DNA from: Eledone cirrhosa
Taxonomy: Eukaryota
Direction: 5' to 3'
Assembly: GCA_964016885.1 (NCBI GenBank)
Contig: OZ024747.1
Span: 65,162,001-65,226,000 of the forward strand
DNA: 64,000 bases
Position numbers and translations under genes: made by a program. The notes beneath the pieces were generated by a model. It was given only the letters and a program-made list of their open reading frames with translations, made no database searches and was not told where the DNA came from. Shown here piece by piece: positions 1 to 14,356 of this stretch. How positions within the stretch are numbered: the first letter of the stretch is position 1; every line of letters begins with the position of its first letter.

Positions 1-2076
1 TTTTCAATACAACAAAATGATAACAATAAATCTTTTTATCAATCTGTGATTGTTCAAAGAATATATTGATTTCTAATTTAGGCAGAAGGTAAGCAAAGTT
101 GGAGGTATGGCAAAGTTGATTAAATCAACCTCAGTACTTGACTGGTATTTTATTTTATTGACCACGGAGGGATTTAAAATCAGAATGCAAAGAACCAGAA
201 CAAATACCACAATGGTATAGTATCCAACACTGCATCAGTTCTACCATTGAAAGTAAAACAATTGATCGACACACACACACACACACATGCACATGCACAC
301 AAAAGGAAAAGAATTTGAAAATGCAAATGGAGTCTTTTAAGAATATTTATTAACTTTACCATTTGTGTTTCTGTTGTTGTGTGTCTCAAGACACACCACA
401 ACAGAAACACAAACCCTCCATCTCAATTTCATAAATGATAATTATATAAGAACTGTGAAACCAATAAAGTAAATATTCTTAAAAGACTCCAGTTGTATTT
501 TCCAATTCGTTTCCTTACATTTTTACCTGTGTAGGACATTTAAAAAAAATTTACTTTCTTATATATATATATATATATATTTGCCAAATGTAACTATAAT
601 ACTAACAGAATGTCTATATATATATATATATATATAATGGAAACGCCTTCTCCATTCTGTCCACCGGGGTTGTGGGTGGGCCCCATCACATACCGTTGTA
701 GTTGTTGTACAATAAAAAGTTGTCAAAGTAATTCGTCGCCTTGTCGTGTTTAAAATATATAATTAAATTATATATATATATATTCTTGTTCCTTTTCCTG
801 TAGTCTATTTTCTATATTTTTGTCCCACCCTTGCAAGCAGGGAAAAGCGGACGTAAAATGATGATGATGATGATATATATATATTGAATATATAACTCTT
901 AGCATATATATAGCTATATACAAAGAGAATGTCTGTGTATATTAAATATATAACCCTTGACATACATAGCTATGATACAAACAAAATTTCTTTTGTAAAT
1001 GTGACTGACTCAAATACAAACCTACCTTCTGGTAAATAAAAAGATTTATTACTTAACCTAACTATGTTATCGTCATAGCATTATATAAGATAAATCTATA
1101 ATTCTAATATCATGTAGCTAAATTGCTATTCAAAGATAAACTATGTTTTTCTACCATTTTCTGATGTTTAGTAGTATTTCAGGTACTAGAATTGATGCTC
1201 AATCTGAAGCAGTTCCTGATTTCACTTTTGTACCTTAAACTGTTTCTTAATAAATTATAGATTTAATATGGGAGACAATTTACAACAGATTTTCAGAATC
1301 AAGTGTTTTTGTATATTTGAGTCAATAAACCAATTTATATATAATAAAGTACTAGTGACAGGTTATATTTGTATATATCAAATGTAAATATAGACATTGT
1401 GTAGGTTGAGCCTTCAGATCTGTGCTTACCATTACACAAAGTGAAACTGACTATTTCCCTGTCATTAGTAGAAAGCATTATAATAAGCATTTTTAACAGC
1501 TCGTTTTGGGGGGATGCTGGGTTCCACTTACACTCCTCACCAGACCAGGGTCTGGTGGGGGAACCAGTTTAATTACTGACCACTTGACTATGAAGAAGGT
1601 GTACTGGCTTACATAGCACCTGTAGCAGGCAAAAGCTTAACCTTACAAGTAAAAAGGGTGGATGAATTTCGCAGAATCAACAGTCATCCATCCCAACTAT
1701 GGGTTAAATAGCCTCACCAACACACAATTGGCCAAGCATGGCTACACCCCTGACATGACCAAAACCAAACAGGAAAATGGTAGAAGTCAACCTGGGAGGG
1801 GTCCCTCCATCACGAGTGAGAAGGCCCTGGATTGGATATTCAGCCTTATTTGTCAACCAGTGGATGTAAGCATTGAATAAATCTTATTCAAGGAATGTTG
1901 AGTAAATTTTGAATTTTTAATATATGTCCAACTTTTTCAACTCTAGAGGCCTATATGCTCAAGTTGTTATATAACTATTTTTCATAGTCAAAAAACCTAC
2001 AGTGAAGCAGCTTATTTAAAAAATTCTAAATTTGCTCAACATTTATAATAATGAATAAATCAATGAATGAATGAAA

Positions 2077-2422
2077 ATGATTGCGTAGTGCTCAGGTGCA
2101 GTACAACTCATCAAAGGTGCATGTATAGTACATATAATAATGTTAAAATATCAGGAAAGTGAACAGTGTATGAGTCATGATACAGACACGCACACACACA
2201 CATGCGTGCATATGGAGGTGGAATATCAGGTGTAGTGTTGGCGAATTTCGGGAAGCATGGAAGTTTTGAAGGACTCAGTGTCCCGACAGCTAACAACTGA
2301 TGCAAGTAGTTTGTTCCATATTTCAGCAACTTTGAGCATGAAAACATGTTTCTGAAAGTCATGGCAACTGTATTTTTTTCTAATTTTGTAAGCATGTCCA
2401 TGGGTGTTAGACATGGAATTCA
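2077..2422 (-). mobile_element. CR1/L2-type LINE 3' fragment
   Basis: THGHAYKI...F..KVAEIWNKL..SVV....SFKT, an RT C-terminal signature. Homologous to 58740-59100. Confidence 0.75.
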
Positions 2423-3707
2423 AGATGGGGCATAGGGTTGTTTTGGGAAAGATTTAGTAAATATAATTGATTAATGTTTGCAAGGTAATTGACACACTAA
2501 ACAGGAATTGAACTCAAGTCTTTGTTTTGTATTTTCTATACTAATATTTGTTACCATCAATTTATATATTTTCATAAAATTTTAGTATTTGAGAAAAAAA
2601 GAGAAATATAAAACTAAATATTAATGGTTCTCAAGATTCAAATAGAAAATATTTCATTATTGTTTATAAAACTGCAATTATTTATAAAACAAAATAACAT
2701 CTTGTTTGTTATTTTCCATCTCACAGTGGATTTCCTAAACCTCCTTAGTGGCAAATATTAACTTAAAACAAAAATAAAATATGGAACATTCTTTTGAATA
2801 ATTCCAAACAGAAAACAACAATATAAAGAAGTTTTAAACATTATAAAATGTCAAATATGCTATGGGGGTTTCAACAACTAATTTAGGGGCTAAAATAATT
2901 TGACATTGATGTAAACAATTATATTTTAGGCATTTCTGATACTGTATAGTTGTTGACATTTAAATTCAAATTTCCCTTTGAATTTTTCTGAATATAAAAA
3001 AGTAATTTGCAAGTTTTATATCAAATAATAATATTCAATTCATTTGCAAGCAAACAGCCTCTTTACACTATGTGTTTTAGAAGACTATCGCCATCCTTTT
3101 GTTCTAGTGGTGACAGATGAGAGATATGCAAGCTTGACAAAGGGCAATAACCCAGAAACAATATTGTCGATTGTTTCTCCGTCACTGCTAGAAAAAAGGA
3201 TGGCAATGATCATCTAAAAAACATAGCATAAAGAGTTCCTATCATCATTATCCACTTCATCACTGTTTAACATCCATTTTCTCATGCTAGCATGGGTGTA
3301 AAGTAAAATTTTCCACCATAATTTTATATGAGAACAACATATTAAATTATTACCTGAGTAATGTAATAATTAATAACTTCTGTAAGTCTATCAAAATTCT
3401 TCTTTAATTAATCTAAATAGAGTATTTTTTCATTAGAAATATGGCCATAGAAGGGTTAAAATCTACATAATTTCTAAAGTAGAGGCTGTTATAAAAAAAA
3501 AACACTTCACATCTGAAAGACAACTTCGAAAAAAAACTAGAAACATTGATGATGGATTTAGGAATGTTATTGTTCCAAACTTTAAAGGACATATATGTAA
3601 ATTTGAAAAAAACATAACTTAATAAAATATAAAATACAGGTATATAGTCGTACACACACATATACATATGATAGGGTACATATGTATTATATATATATAT
3701 ATATATG

Positions 3708-3751
<44 letters not shown>

Positions 3752-3815
3752 GCATTTATATATATATGCTACCGTGGAAGATAGACATTAAACGGTGATG
3801 ATATATATATATAAA

Positions 3816-5669
3816 TCATCATCATCATCATCATCATCGTTTAACGTCCATGTTCCACGCTTGCATGGGTTTGGACGGGAGTTTTCCCACTTGAGGCAAG
3901 AGTGGTTGTCTTGTTCGCATAGGACTGTCTGGCGGGTTTTCTACAGTTGGATGCCCTTCCTAACACCAACCACATTTACAGTGTGGGGCTGGGAGGTTTT
4001 TACCGTGTTGCCTACACAGCCACATTACAGCGTGGACTGTCTGGCGGGTTTTCTACAGCTTGATGCCCTTCCTAACACCAACCACATTTACAGTGTGGGG
4101 CTGGGAGGTTTTTACCGTGTTGCCTACACAGCCACATTACAGCGTAGACTGTCTGGCGGGTTTTCTACAGCTGGATGCCCTTCCTAACACCAACCACATT
4201 TACAGTGTGGGGCTGGGAGGTTTTTACCGTGTTGCCTACACAGCCACATTACAGCGTGGACTGTCTGGCGGGTTTTCTACAGCTGGATGCCCTTCCTAAC
4301 ACCAACCACATTTACAGTGTGGGGCTGGGAGGTTTTTACCGTGTTGCCTACACAGCCACATTACAGCGTAGACTGTCTGGCGGGTTTTCTACAGCTGGAT
4401 GCCCTTCCTAACACCAACCACATTTACAGTGTGGGGCTGGGAGGTTTTTACCGTGTTGCCTACACAGCCACATTACAGCGTGGACTGTGTGGCGGGTTTT
4501 CTACAGCTGGATGCCCTTCCTAACACCAACCACATTTACAGTGTGGGGCTGGGAGGTTTTTACCGTGTTGCCTACACAGCCACATTACAGCGTGGACTGT
4601 CTGGCGGGTTTTCTACAGCTGGATGCCCTTCCTAACACCAACCACATTTACAGTGTGGGGCTGGGAGGTTTTTACCGTGTTGCCTACACAGCCACATTAC
4701 AGCGTAGACTGTCTGGCGGGTTTTCTACAGCTGGATGCCCTTCCTAACACCAACCACATTTACAGTGTGGGGCTGGGAGGTTTTTACCGTGTTGCCTACA
4801 CAGCCACATTACAGCGTGGACTGTCTGGCGGGTTTTCTACAGCTGGATGCCCTTCCTAACACCAACCACATTTACAGTGTGGGGCTGGGAGGTTTTTACC
4901 GTGTTGCCTACACAGCCACATTACAGCGTGGACTGTCTGACGGGTTTTCTACAGCTGGATGCCCTTCCTAACACCAACCACATTTACAGTGTGGGGCTGG
5001 GAGGTTTTTACCGTGTTGCCTACACGGCCACATTACAGCGTGGACTGTCTGGCGGGTTTTCTACAGCTGGATGCCCTTCCTAACACCAACCACATTTACA
5101 GTGTGGGGCTGGGAGGTTTTTACCGTGTTGCCTACACAGCCACATTACAGCGTAGACTGTCTGGCGGGTTTTCTACAGCTGGATGCCCTTCCTAACACCA
5201 ACCACATTTACAGTGTGGGGCTGGGAGGTTTTTACTGTGTTGCCTACACGGTCACATTACAGCGTGGACTGTGTGTTTTTTTGTCGTGACACCTACACGA
5301 TCTCATTTGTTTCGGCCTGGATTTTTGTGGCACCAACATAACTTTACATTGAAAGGGGCGGTGTGGATGGGGTGGGGGTGGTGGGACGGGGGTGTATTTT
5401 GTTAGAGATGCCTACTGACTGTAGTAGGTTTTATTTTGTATTTAGGTAAGGCGGGTCTTCTCTATTACTGAGTACCGCCAAAGGTCTCGGTCCAGTGACA
5501 TTGTCTTGGAGAGGTGTAAGTGTGTGAGGTCGGAATTTATCAGCTCGTCCCAGGTTTTTCTGGTTCTGCCTACTCCGTGGCTACCGTCTATCTTTATTGC
5601 CCTGCACTTTGCTATACAGCTGTCGTCTTTCATGCGCATCACGTGACCATACCAACGTAGCCTTCTCTC

Positions 5670-5670
<1 letters not shown>
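3816..5670 (-). mobile_element. 5'-truncated RTE-clade LINE 3' end containing the 112-bp array
   Basis: C-terminal peptide RRLRWYGHVMRM...GRTRKTWDE...DRDLWR at 5442..5670 is RTE-typical. Tail is GGACGTTAAAC(GAT)n. Confidence 0.85.
3922..5272. repeat. Tandem array, 12 x 112 bp
   Basis: GGACTGT/AGACTGT recurs every 112 nt from 3922 to 5266, and units are near-identical. Confidence 0.97.
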
Positions 5671-5729
<59 letters not shown>

Positions 5730-5872
5730 AGTTGACGGAACTAGCGTGGGTTTTACTGCTAGTACCGGTTGCATCTCAGCATACTCTATAATTAATGTTA
5801 AGTAAACTGCCAGAGTAGACACCTAGTTATTCGCTTCAATACAACACACATAAATGGGTGCCTTCAATATTT

Positions 5873-5988
5873 ACCTGTACTCAAGTTCGGCCACACTTAA
5901 TGCAGCCAGCAATAAAGTGCACAGCATCTACTGCCTGCATTTATTATGCAAAAGTGCACAATCGATGCATGTGGCTTCATCAGCAGGT
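5873..5988 (-). ncRNA. Hammerhead-like motif with ~87-nt stem II
   Basis: acctg-CTGATGA-aGCCACA...TGTGGCc-GAAC-ttga-GTA-caggt. One core A is missing. Confidence 0.6.
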
Positions 5989-8190
5989 TTTGCCTAATAA
6001 ATAACCAATTGATCAACAGAATTTGATTCCAGTCCCTGTCGGCTATGACTGTATGTGACGGCCAACACAGTAACATATTAGCAACTGAAATCCCTGCGCA
6101 TCATCACAATACCATCCACCGATTGGCTACAGATTCAGAAATTTATGTGACGGCAGGAGATAAAATTCAAATAGTTCCGCTCCCGCCATAGGCACTTGGC
6201 CGATGCATCTCAAACACAAATTAACAAATGAGTGAAAAATCGGTTATTAGAAAAATTCAGTCTCCAATCGCTGTACAATAGAATGGTAGCATTCGGCTCC
6301 AGTCTCCAAGTCCCATAGTGAGAAATAGTGTGACAGTAACAATGGTAGTGCCTAAGACCTTTCCAGATATTAAATGCCAACAGGCAATTAGACAACGATA
6401 AAGAGTTAGCGAGCAGGTTAAAGTTCAAATTCTAGATATTTCGACCAGCCACGTGAGTAGGCCGGTCAATTTCACAACTTGTACGATTCAATAAGTATAT
6501 GCATCATCATCATCATCAGCATTTTACGTCCACTTTTCATATGATATATGATAAAATATACATATATATATATATGTGTATATATACATCATCACATAAC
6601 ATCTGGTGCTCCATACTGGCATAGGTGTGACTACATATATATATATATATATATTTGTATGTATGTATGTATGCATAACTATATAAGTACATGTACACAC
6701 AGACATATGCATACATACATACATTTATGCACACACATGCACACAAACATACATACATACATCAATACATACATACAGCTAGAAATTATCCTAAGCTAAA
6801 ATCTATAGAAGCAAACCATATTCTTTGTTTCATTTGACATGAAAAGAATTGTTTCTATACTTGATATCTGTTTACTGATATTTTCTCAGAGGCTTTTCTC
6901 ATATTTTTCCACATTGTTTTCAATATTTTCTCATCCCAGAGCAGCACAGTTGGACAAAGATATATCTAAGTCATGCAACGGAATAAATCATTTGAGAAAA
7001 CCAAGAGAAATTCTAAACATTCTGTTGTTTTGTATAATATCCTCCTTTTTATACAGTAATTGCATGTCAGCCAATATCCAACTCTATTGAAGTATAGTAC
7101 TTTTCCAGTTTATTTTTCATTTGTTTTGTTTGTTGTTTTTTTCATTTTTCATAATTCATTTATGAAAAATGTTGTTGAAGGAATCCCACTGTCATAGAAT
7201 AAAACTATACGAAGCAATATTGAATAAGTTTCATTTTATAGTATCATAGCTCCCTTTGAATTTATTGTCAGAGAAGCATTACCTCCACCACACTGTGTTT
7301 ATGTCACCACAAATAAACATCATTAGTTTTCACAGATTTACTACTACTACTACTACTACTGCCATTATTATTATTATTATTATTATGCTGATGTTTGTAT
7401 TTGTCATCTTTTCAAGTAATATATTTATTTTTATTTTTTTTTTATTTTCTAAAAGTAATTCAATAAAAATTATCATATTTTCTTTCCTCGTGAAAATTCA
7501 GTTTGAAATCAGGATAAAAATATTGCTACAATATTATTCCAAATGATTACTGTGTGTACCAGCCTAGAATAGGGACACTGTATACCTGCATGTTGTAAGA
7601 GGCAACTAAAAGGGGTCAGACCAGGGAGGGTATCCAACTATTAAAAAATTGCCTCAAATAGAACCCCATGATAAATACAGAATCTGTCATGGGTAAGGCC
7701 AACTCCTAATGTAGCAGAGAAATAGACCTTAAAATGAATGTTGTTGTAGCATAATTCTTAATGATTCATGCTGAAAATATTTCATTTGTTCAGTGTAATA
7801 TCTATTGAGGAGAAGGAACATGGTCAGCCATGTAATATGTTGGCTATTTTGTACTTGGTTAGGCTTCAATGAAACATACCGCAAACCAAGATACATAGCT
7901 ATCAATAGTTCAGATGACTTAATTGTATTTTCAGCTTAGAATCAGGAATGATTCTTCGGTATATACAATACAACATTACAATAGCAACAGATGTCTACTG
8001 TATCATGGAATAAAAGAAAAAAAGGAAAGGAGCTGATCATCAGATCAGACCAGGAAAACTGTTTCAGGTTGTCTTTCCATTATTTCATTACTACTTTTTC
8101 CAGTGACAGGAAGAAGGATTTGCTCTCAAAGCACACACAGAGATGGAACAGATATTGCAAAGCGCTCCATCCAATTTTTTAACTATTATA

Positions 8191-8423
8191 TTAACCCTTT
8201 AGCATTTAAACCAGCTGCTATATCCAGCCAGAATTCTTTACCCTTTTAGAAATCGCCCATAACCAGCAGCTCACATCGATGTTAAGATATCATTCTTAAA
8301 ATAAACAATAACATCATCAAAATCTTGTAGACTCAAGATTATGTGAGATAATTATGTTAGATAAAGCCTTTACCATGAATATACAATAGTAAATATAGAG
8401 TAATGTAAATCCTAAAGGGTTAA
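8191..8423. mobile_element. piggyBac-type MITE
   Basis: TTAA|CCCTTTAG...CTAAAGGG|TTAA. A homologue lies at 27873-28090. Confidence 0.75.
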
Positions 8424-8867
8424 TGCATTGCACCTGCACTGGTACTTTCTCCATTATATATTATATTGCAACCAATTGATCTTTTTCTCAAACATGGGTG
8501 GCTTGAACATGACCATTTAACCTTTCCAAGGACTTAGATTCCTTTCTGCATATGTTGCAGTGTAAAAAAAGATGAAAAGACCATGCTCTGTTTAGATCAA
8601 GTGATGCCTGTGCTTGAAACTTTTTAAGTGAAGAAAGGCCTTACACTGGACAAATTCCACTCTCTGAACAACAATGAGTTATCTAAAAAGAAGAACCAGT
8701 CAACATCATTGGCTACCATTGACCTACAGGTTTTATCAGACTTTTCCTTCTCTTCTCTTAGAATGATGTCCTAACAAGAATTATGTGTCTCACTCCCGGT
8801 GGGCTAGCTGCACACTCAGGCGAGTATTTCCATGTCCTTGCACATACATACATCCATACACACACAT

Positions 8868-8906
<39 letters not shown>

Positions 8907-10669
8907 TACATACATACATACATACATACATACATACATACATACATACATACATACATACATACATACATACATACATACATACATACATACATGTGTA
9001 AGTACATATATGTGAATGTACCCCTAATGTAAGAATTTAAATTAGAAAGTATGTATGCCATTGTTAGTATATATCAACATTTAGAAACCAATATCCTGCT
9101 AGTAAGTTATAAGTGACAATAGAATAAGAAACACATCTAAATCCAATATCTCTAAGTATGTATTTTATTTTATCTTAATTTTACATTTCTTTTTTCAATG
9201 AAGCCTCACCCTTGAATATTTACAATTCATTTATTTCACAATATTCTGGATATGAAGATCAATCTATTTAAATGTTTTTCAAAATTGTGCCAAACTATAG
9301 AGTATTTTGTCAATTCTTCTCTAACACAAATGTATGAATATATCTAAATATATTAAATGAACACTGGTGTACAATATTATTAATAAGCTGCCCTGGTTTT
9401 ACGATGAACTCATAGATTCACACAATCTAATATTTACAATAAACACATTAGACTTTACACTTAAACAAAACTAAACAAAATTAGATATATTATTGTAAGC
9501 TTTTCTTCATTTCTTTATGTTTTATTAGTGGAAGGTGGATGGAAAGATGGGCAAACAAGAGAATGTGAGTATGGACAGATAGGTGGAAGAAAAGATAAGA
9601 GGATGGAAAGATGGGAGGATGGAAAATAGGAAAATGTAATATTGTTTGGTTTCTCACATACTTTGCAATTGAACTATTTCTAAAGTTATTAATACATCTC
9701 ACTGTTCTTAAAGAAAATTCATTCTCACCAACAATATATGAGACCTTTTTATTGTGTTGAAATAGATAAGTTTAAGTTGACTAAAAAACCCAACTTTGAT
9801 TTCAGGTTTTAGTGGAGCATAAAAAGAAAAAGAAATCTTTTAGGTGTACAATAGCGTAAGATTTTGTATGTAAACAACAGTTTATAATTTAGTAAGACCA
9901 GAAAACCTTATAAATAAACAATTTAATAATGTGCCTACTTGGTCTATAGATTAAAATACTGATTATGAGGCTTCAAATTTAACAGCAGACATTATACACT
10001 GCTTTTGCATTCTTCCCTAAGAATTTCAACTTATATTTGTTGTTGGTGTTGTTATTGTACCAACATTGGTTCAGATGATGAGTGTCCCAGTTGTTTCAAC
10101 AGCAGAACAACCAGCTCGAGAAATTAATGTGAAAGTGGCCGAGCATTTCACAGAAATGTGTATGTAGCCTTAAATAAATCTCAGGGAGATTCAGCATGAC
10201 TCAGTGTGTGACAAGGCTGGACCTTTGAATTGGACTTGAGCAATGAGAAATGAAGTATCTTGCTCAAGGACACAATGCACCACAGGGAATCAAACTTATG
10301 ATTGTGAGCTTAAAATTCTAGTCACTAAGCCATGCTCCTTCACATACTTGCTGTCTGACAACTTCAAAGATAGTCTGACATTCTTAGCAGCCACTGACTT
10401 GTTCACAAACACAAAAAAAAAAAGAGACAAAAATATTTTCATAGGGAAAATTTTCTTTTAGTTTCTCAGCAAGGCTCACATATTGGCAGTATCAATAGAG
10501 GGTCGGACACCATGTTTTGCAGCAAAGAGATACGGCCCTTTATGGTCTGAGTTCAAATCCCGCCGAGGTTAACTTTGCCTTTCATCCTTATGGGGTCGAT
10601 AAAATAAAGCACCAGTAATACACTGGGATAATTGCTGGCCTTGTGCCAAAAGTAGAAACAATTATACTA

Positions 10670-10817
10670 CTAGCAGAATGGCCCGGCATTGCTCGGGATT
10701 TGCTCTAGGTTCTTATATATTTGTTATATATTTATCCTTATCAAGCCTCGTGAAATAAATACGTTTGTTTATATTTTGTTATTACATATGCAAAAATATC
10801 TGTACACGAATATATAG

Positions 10818-10865
<48 letters not shown>

Positions 10866-11541
10866 CAGTACAGAGAAGTACGGAAAACCTTGACCTCGGG
10901 ATTGTGTCTAGATTTTGTGCTTATAAAAAAAAAATTGTCGTAGATTAGCAGAGTCTTTTTCCATGCGAAGAAAATCAATACTTTATCGCGAAATAAATAC
11001 TTTTGTTTATATTTTGTTATTGTGTATGCAAAAATATTTGTACACGAATATATAATTATATATATATATATATAATTATATATATATATTAAAATAACAG
11101 ATTAAAGTTTAAGCAAAGAATCGCTGCTTTCACTCTACTGGGATCTTCTGAAACTAAAATAAAAAAAATCAATCTGTGAACGCAGAAGTAAATATTTTGA
11201 AAAACGTTACACACTATATATACATATATATATATACACACACACACTGCCATAATGTCGTAATGCAGACAGCCAGACATACAGACAGATATTATAAGGG
11301 CGCAGCGTTATATCTATGTATCTATCTAAAAAGAGAAAGACTAAGAATTATAGAGAGAGATCGCTAGATCGCCTAATGTGGTCCCTAGAGCATTGAAAAT
11401 TTGAAATTCTTTTTGCTCAAAACACTCACATGACCATAAGTATTGCATGTGTAAAGTTTGAAAACAATCGGTTGGGTGGTCCTCGAGTTTTAGTGATCGG
11501 ACAGACAGACAGACAGACATTCTCTGTTTTAGATATATAGA
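10670..11541 (-). mobile_element. Non-autonomous Helitron, family 2
   Basis: A|TCTATATATCTAAA...cccgagcaatgccgggccattctgCTAG|T on the minus strand. Confidence 0.8.
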
Positions 11542-12183
11542 TAAACATAGCAGATATCTTTTCATCCTCAGAATTTCTGTTAACTGTATTGTTAACAATA
11601 TTCCTCATTGACCATAATATCATGAATGATGGTTTCTGATTGAGGCACAAGGCCAGCAGTTTTGGGGAGAGGTGAAAGTCAATTAATTCAACCCTAATGC
11701 ATTACTGGTACTTTATTTTATAGACCTCGTAAGAGTGAAAGGCAAAGCCAACCTCGACGGGATTTGAACTTAGAACGTAAAGGGACATAACTCTATGTTA
11801 TAAAGCATTTTTCCAACGCTCTACCACTGCCAATCCATTGCCATATCATAAATAATAATTTGTGATATGAGATAAACACTTAAATATGTGACATAAGCTA
11901 TGATGATGACATTCCTAGTGCTGGTGCCATCATAAAATACATCCAGTCTACTCTACATTATGTAGGAATGGTCAGTAGTTCTGATTAAGTAATAGCTTCA
12001 TCTATGATGATCTGTCTAACCATGTCCAATGGACAGATGATGATGAAGATGGTGATGATGATGATGATGATGTAGTAGTAGTAGTAGTAGTAGTAACAGT
12101 TCATTATAGAACTGCTGGAGCTTTTTTCAATCAAAAATGGTAAATTCATCGCATAATCAGAAATGTGTTCCAGTAATACATAC

Positions 12184-12300
12184 CTTACAGATGAGTCTAA
12201 TGTCATAGAATGCAGGGGAACTTCGATCTAAGAAGATAATTTGGAATATGACACTTTCATATGGTCTCAACAAATACTTTTGTGGAATCATTGTTATGAC
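12184..12300 (-). CDS. CFAP65: CFAP65-like exon E (VITMIPQKYLLRPYESVIFQIIFLDRSSPAFYDIRLICK)
   Basis: ttatag|GTC...AAG|gtatgt, 117 nt. Resembles recalled VSVSP...ASFYSADLVCK. No further exon was recognised in 1..12183. Confidence 0.83.
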
Positions 12301-12505
12301 CTATAAATATTAAAAGTAAGCGAAATTAATTAAAACCATTGATATTCGATGCATTTGATTATATGTGTGAGTGCATACACAAATATGTGTATGTGTTTGT
12401 GTGTGTGCGTGCATTTCACAAGCTGTTTAAGAAAACATTATTAAACTTTTCATTACAACTTACCCTGTAAAAGAAAAAGCATTTTGCAGAATATTTTGCT
12501 TTCCA

Positions 12506-12549
<44 letters not shown>

Positions 12550-13107
12550 TCATCATCATCATTTTACGTCCGCTTTTCCCTGCTTGTAAGGGTGGGACGG
12601 GAACTGATACAGGCTTGATTTCTACAGCTGGATGCCCTCCCTAACACCAACCTCATTTACAGTGAGTGCTGGGTGCTTGTTTGCCGTGGCACCTCCATGA
12701 CCACTTTGCAGTGGAATGATAGGGACCTCAGTCCCTATCATCTCATTTCTACAGCTGAGTAAACTGGAACAATGTGAAATAAAGTCTCTTGCTCAAGGAA
12801 ACAACACATCACCCGGTCCGAGAATTGAACTCACAACCTTTCGATTGCAAGACCAATGCTCTAACCACTAAGCTATATGCCTCCATATATATATATGCAT
12901 ATATATATATATTATTTGGAAAGCAAAATATTCTAGATCCAAATTCAGATCTAGCTGTTGAAACGACCAGAGCTCAACCGTTGGGGTCCTGAATTTTTTT
13001 CATATTACCCACTCTGCTATCCCAAGTATCGAGTACTCTGGTGAGTAATAATCTAACTGGTTTTTACCGCCTCCAATCTGATATATATATATATATGTGT
13101 GTGTATA

Positions 13108-13141
<34 letters not shown>

Positions 13142-14356
13142 GGGCGGAAGAAGTCATAAGAGTCAATGGCCATCCAAAAGTGTGTAAATATGTATATACA
13201 CATGTACCGCACGGTTAAACCACTGGGAGTGAAGGACCACTAGCCTTTTTCAAGGCATTCTTCTAGGAAAAGGCAACTCAGGAAACTGGGATAACTCCAA
13301 TATAAAACCTGCGGCTCAGTAGTTACCGATTTGATTGATCTTTTCTTCTTTTCAGGTTATAGCTACTGTCGCTCAGAGAGTGGGATTGGCTCAATGCACA
13401 GTCTTTCCTCACTTTAAAAAATATCTTCACGCACAGGCATTCCACGATAGAATTAATTAATACTTATTAATAATGGGATATCATGCAATGGCCATACTCG
13501 ATAACGAGGGGGCAGCCATCATATATATATATACTTACACACAGACACACACACACACATATATATATTCATTTATATGTGTGAGTGCATATAATCATGT
13601 GTGTGTGCGTGTGTGTGCGTATACATGCATTTCACAAGCTGTTTAATAAAACATTATTAAACATTTCATTACCACATTGTTAATGAAAAACACTGTTTAA
13701 AACTTTCAAATCATTGTGAAAATAATCAAGAATTTAGAGGGAATTTACAACTAATTTTCTCATAATTAAGTTAGTGTTTGGAACATAACCTAAAAGTTCT
13801 TAAATAAAATTACTATTGAGGGTTTTAGATAAATGTAAACACTTTAAAATAAATAGTTATATATTATAGGACCTTGTGCAGTTTCAAGCTATATATGTTA
13901 TCAAAGGTGAGCTACTATAAAAGGTAATATAGTTGCTAGTATTGTCTGCTCCCATGAAGTCATTATGGCTACTACACATATAATAACATATACCAGAGTT
14001 GAAAGGACACAACAGTGGGTGTCTGCTCGAATGAAAACATTATAGTTAAAAAACTATATCATAACATATATTATAGTTGTAAGAAGAACACAATACCCAA
14101 TGTCTGGACCTAGGAAGATATCATGGCTACAAAATATATAACATATCCCAGAGTTGAAAGAACACAGCAGTGAGTGTCTGTTCAAATGAAGCCATTACAA
14201 TTTAAAACTATATCATCACATTAAGAACAACACAACACCCAGTTTCTGGTCCAAGGGAGATATTGTGGCTACTATATATATAATAACATATATCACAGTT
14301 GAAAGAACAACACAACACCCAGTTTCTGGTCCAAGGGAGATATTGTGGCTACTATA

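Noticed and set aside
3795-5289. Ladder of 78-aa ORFs
   Set aside because: Produced by the 112-bp repeat on the antisense strand of a LINE 3' UTR.
1-12183. Next downstream CFAP65 exon
   Set aside because: Searched by eye for the expected charged segment and found no convincing AG/GT-bounded frame. It may lie outside the window or have been missed.
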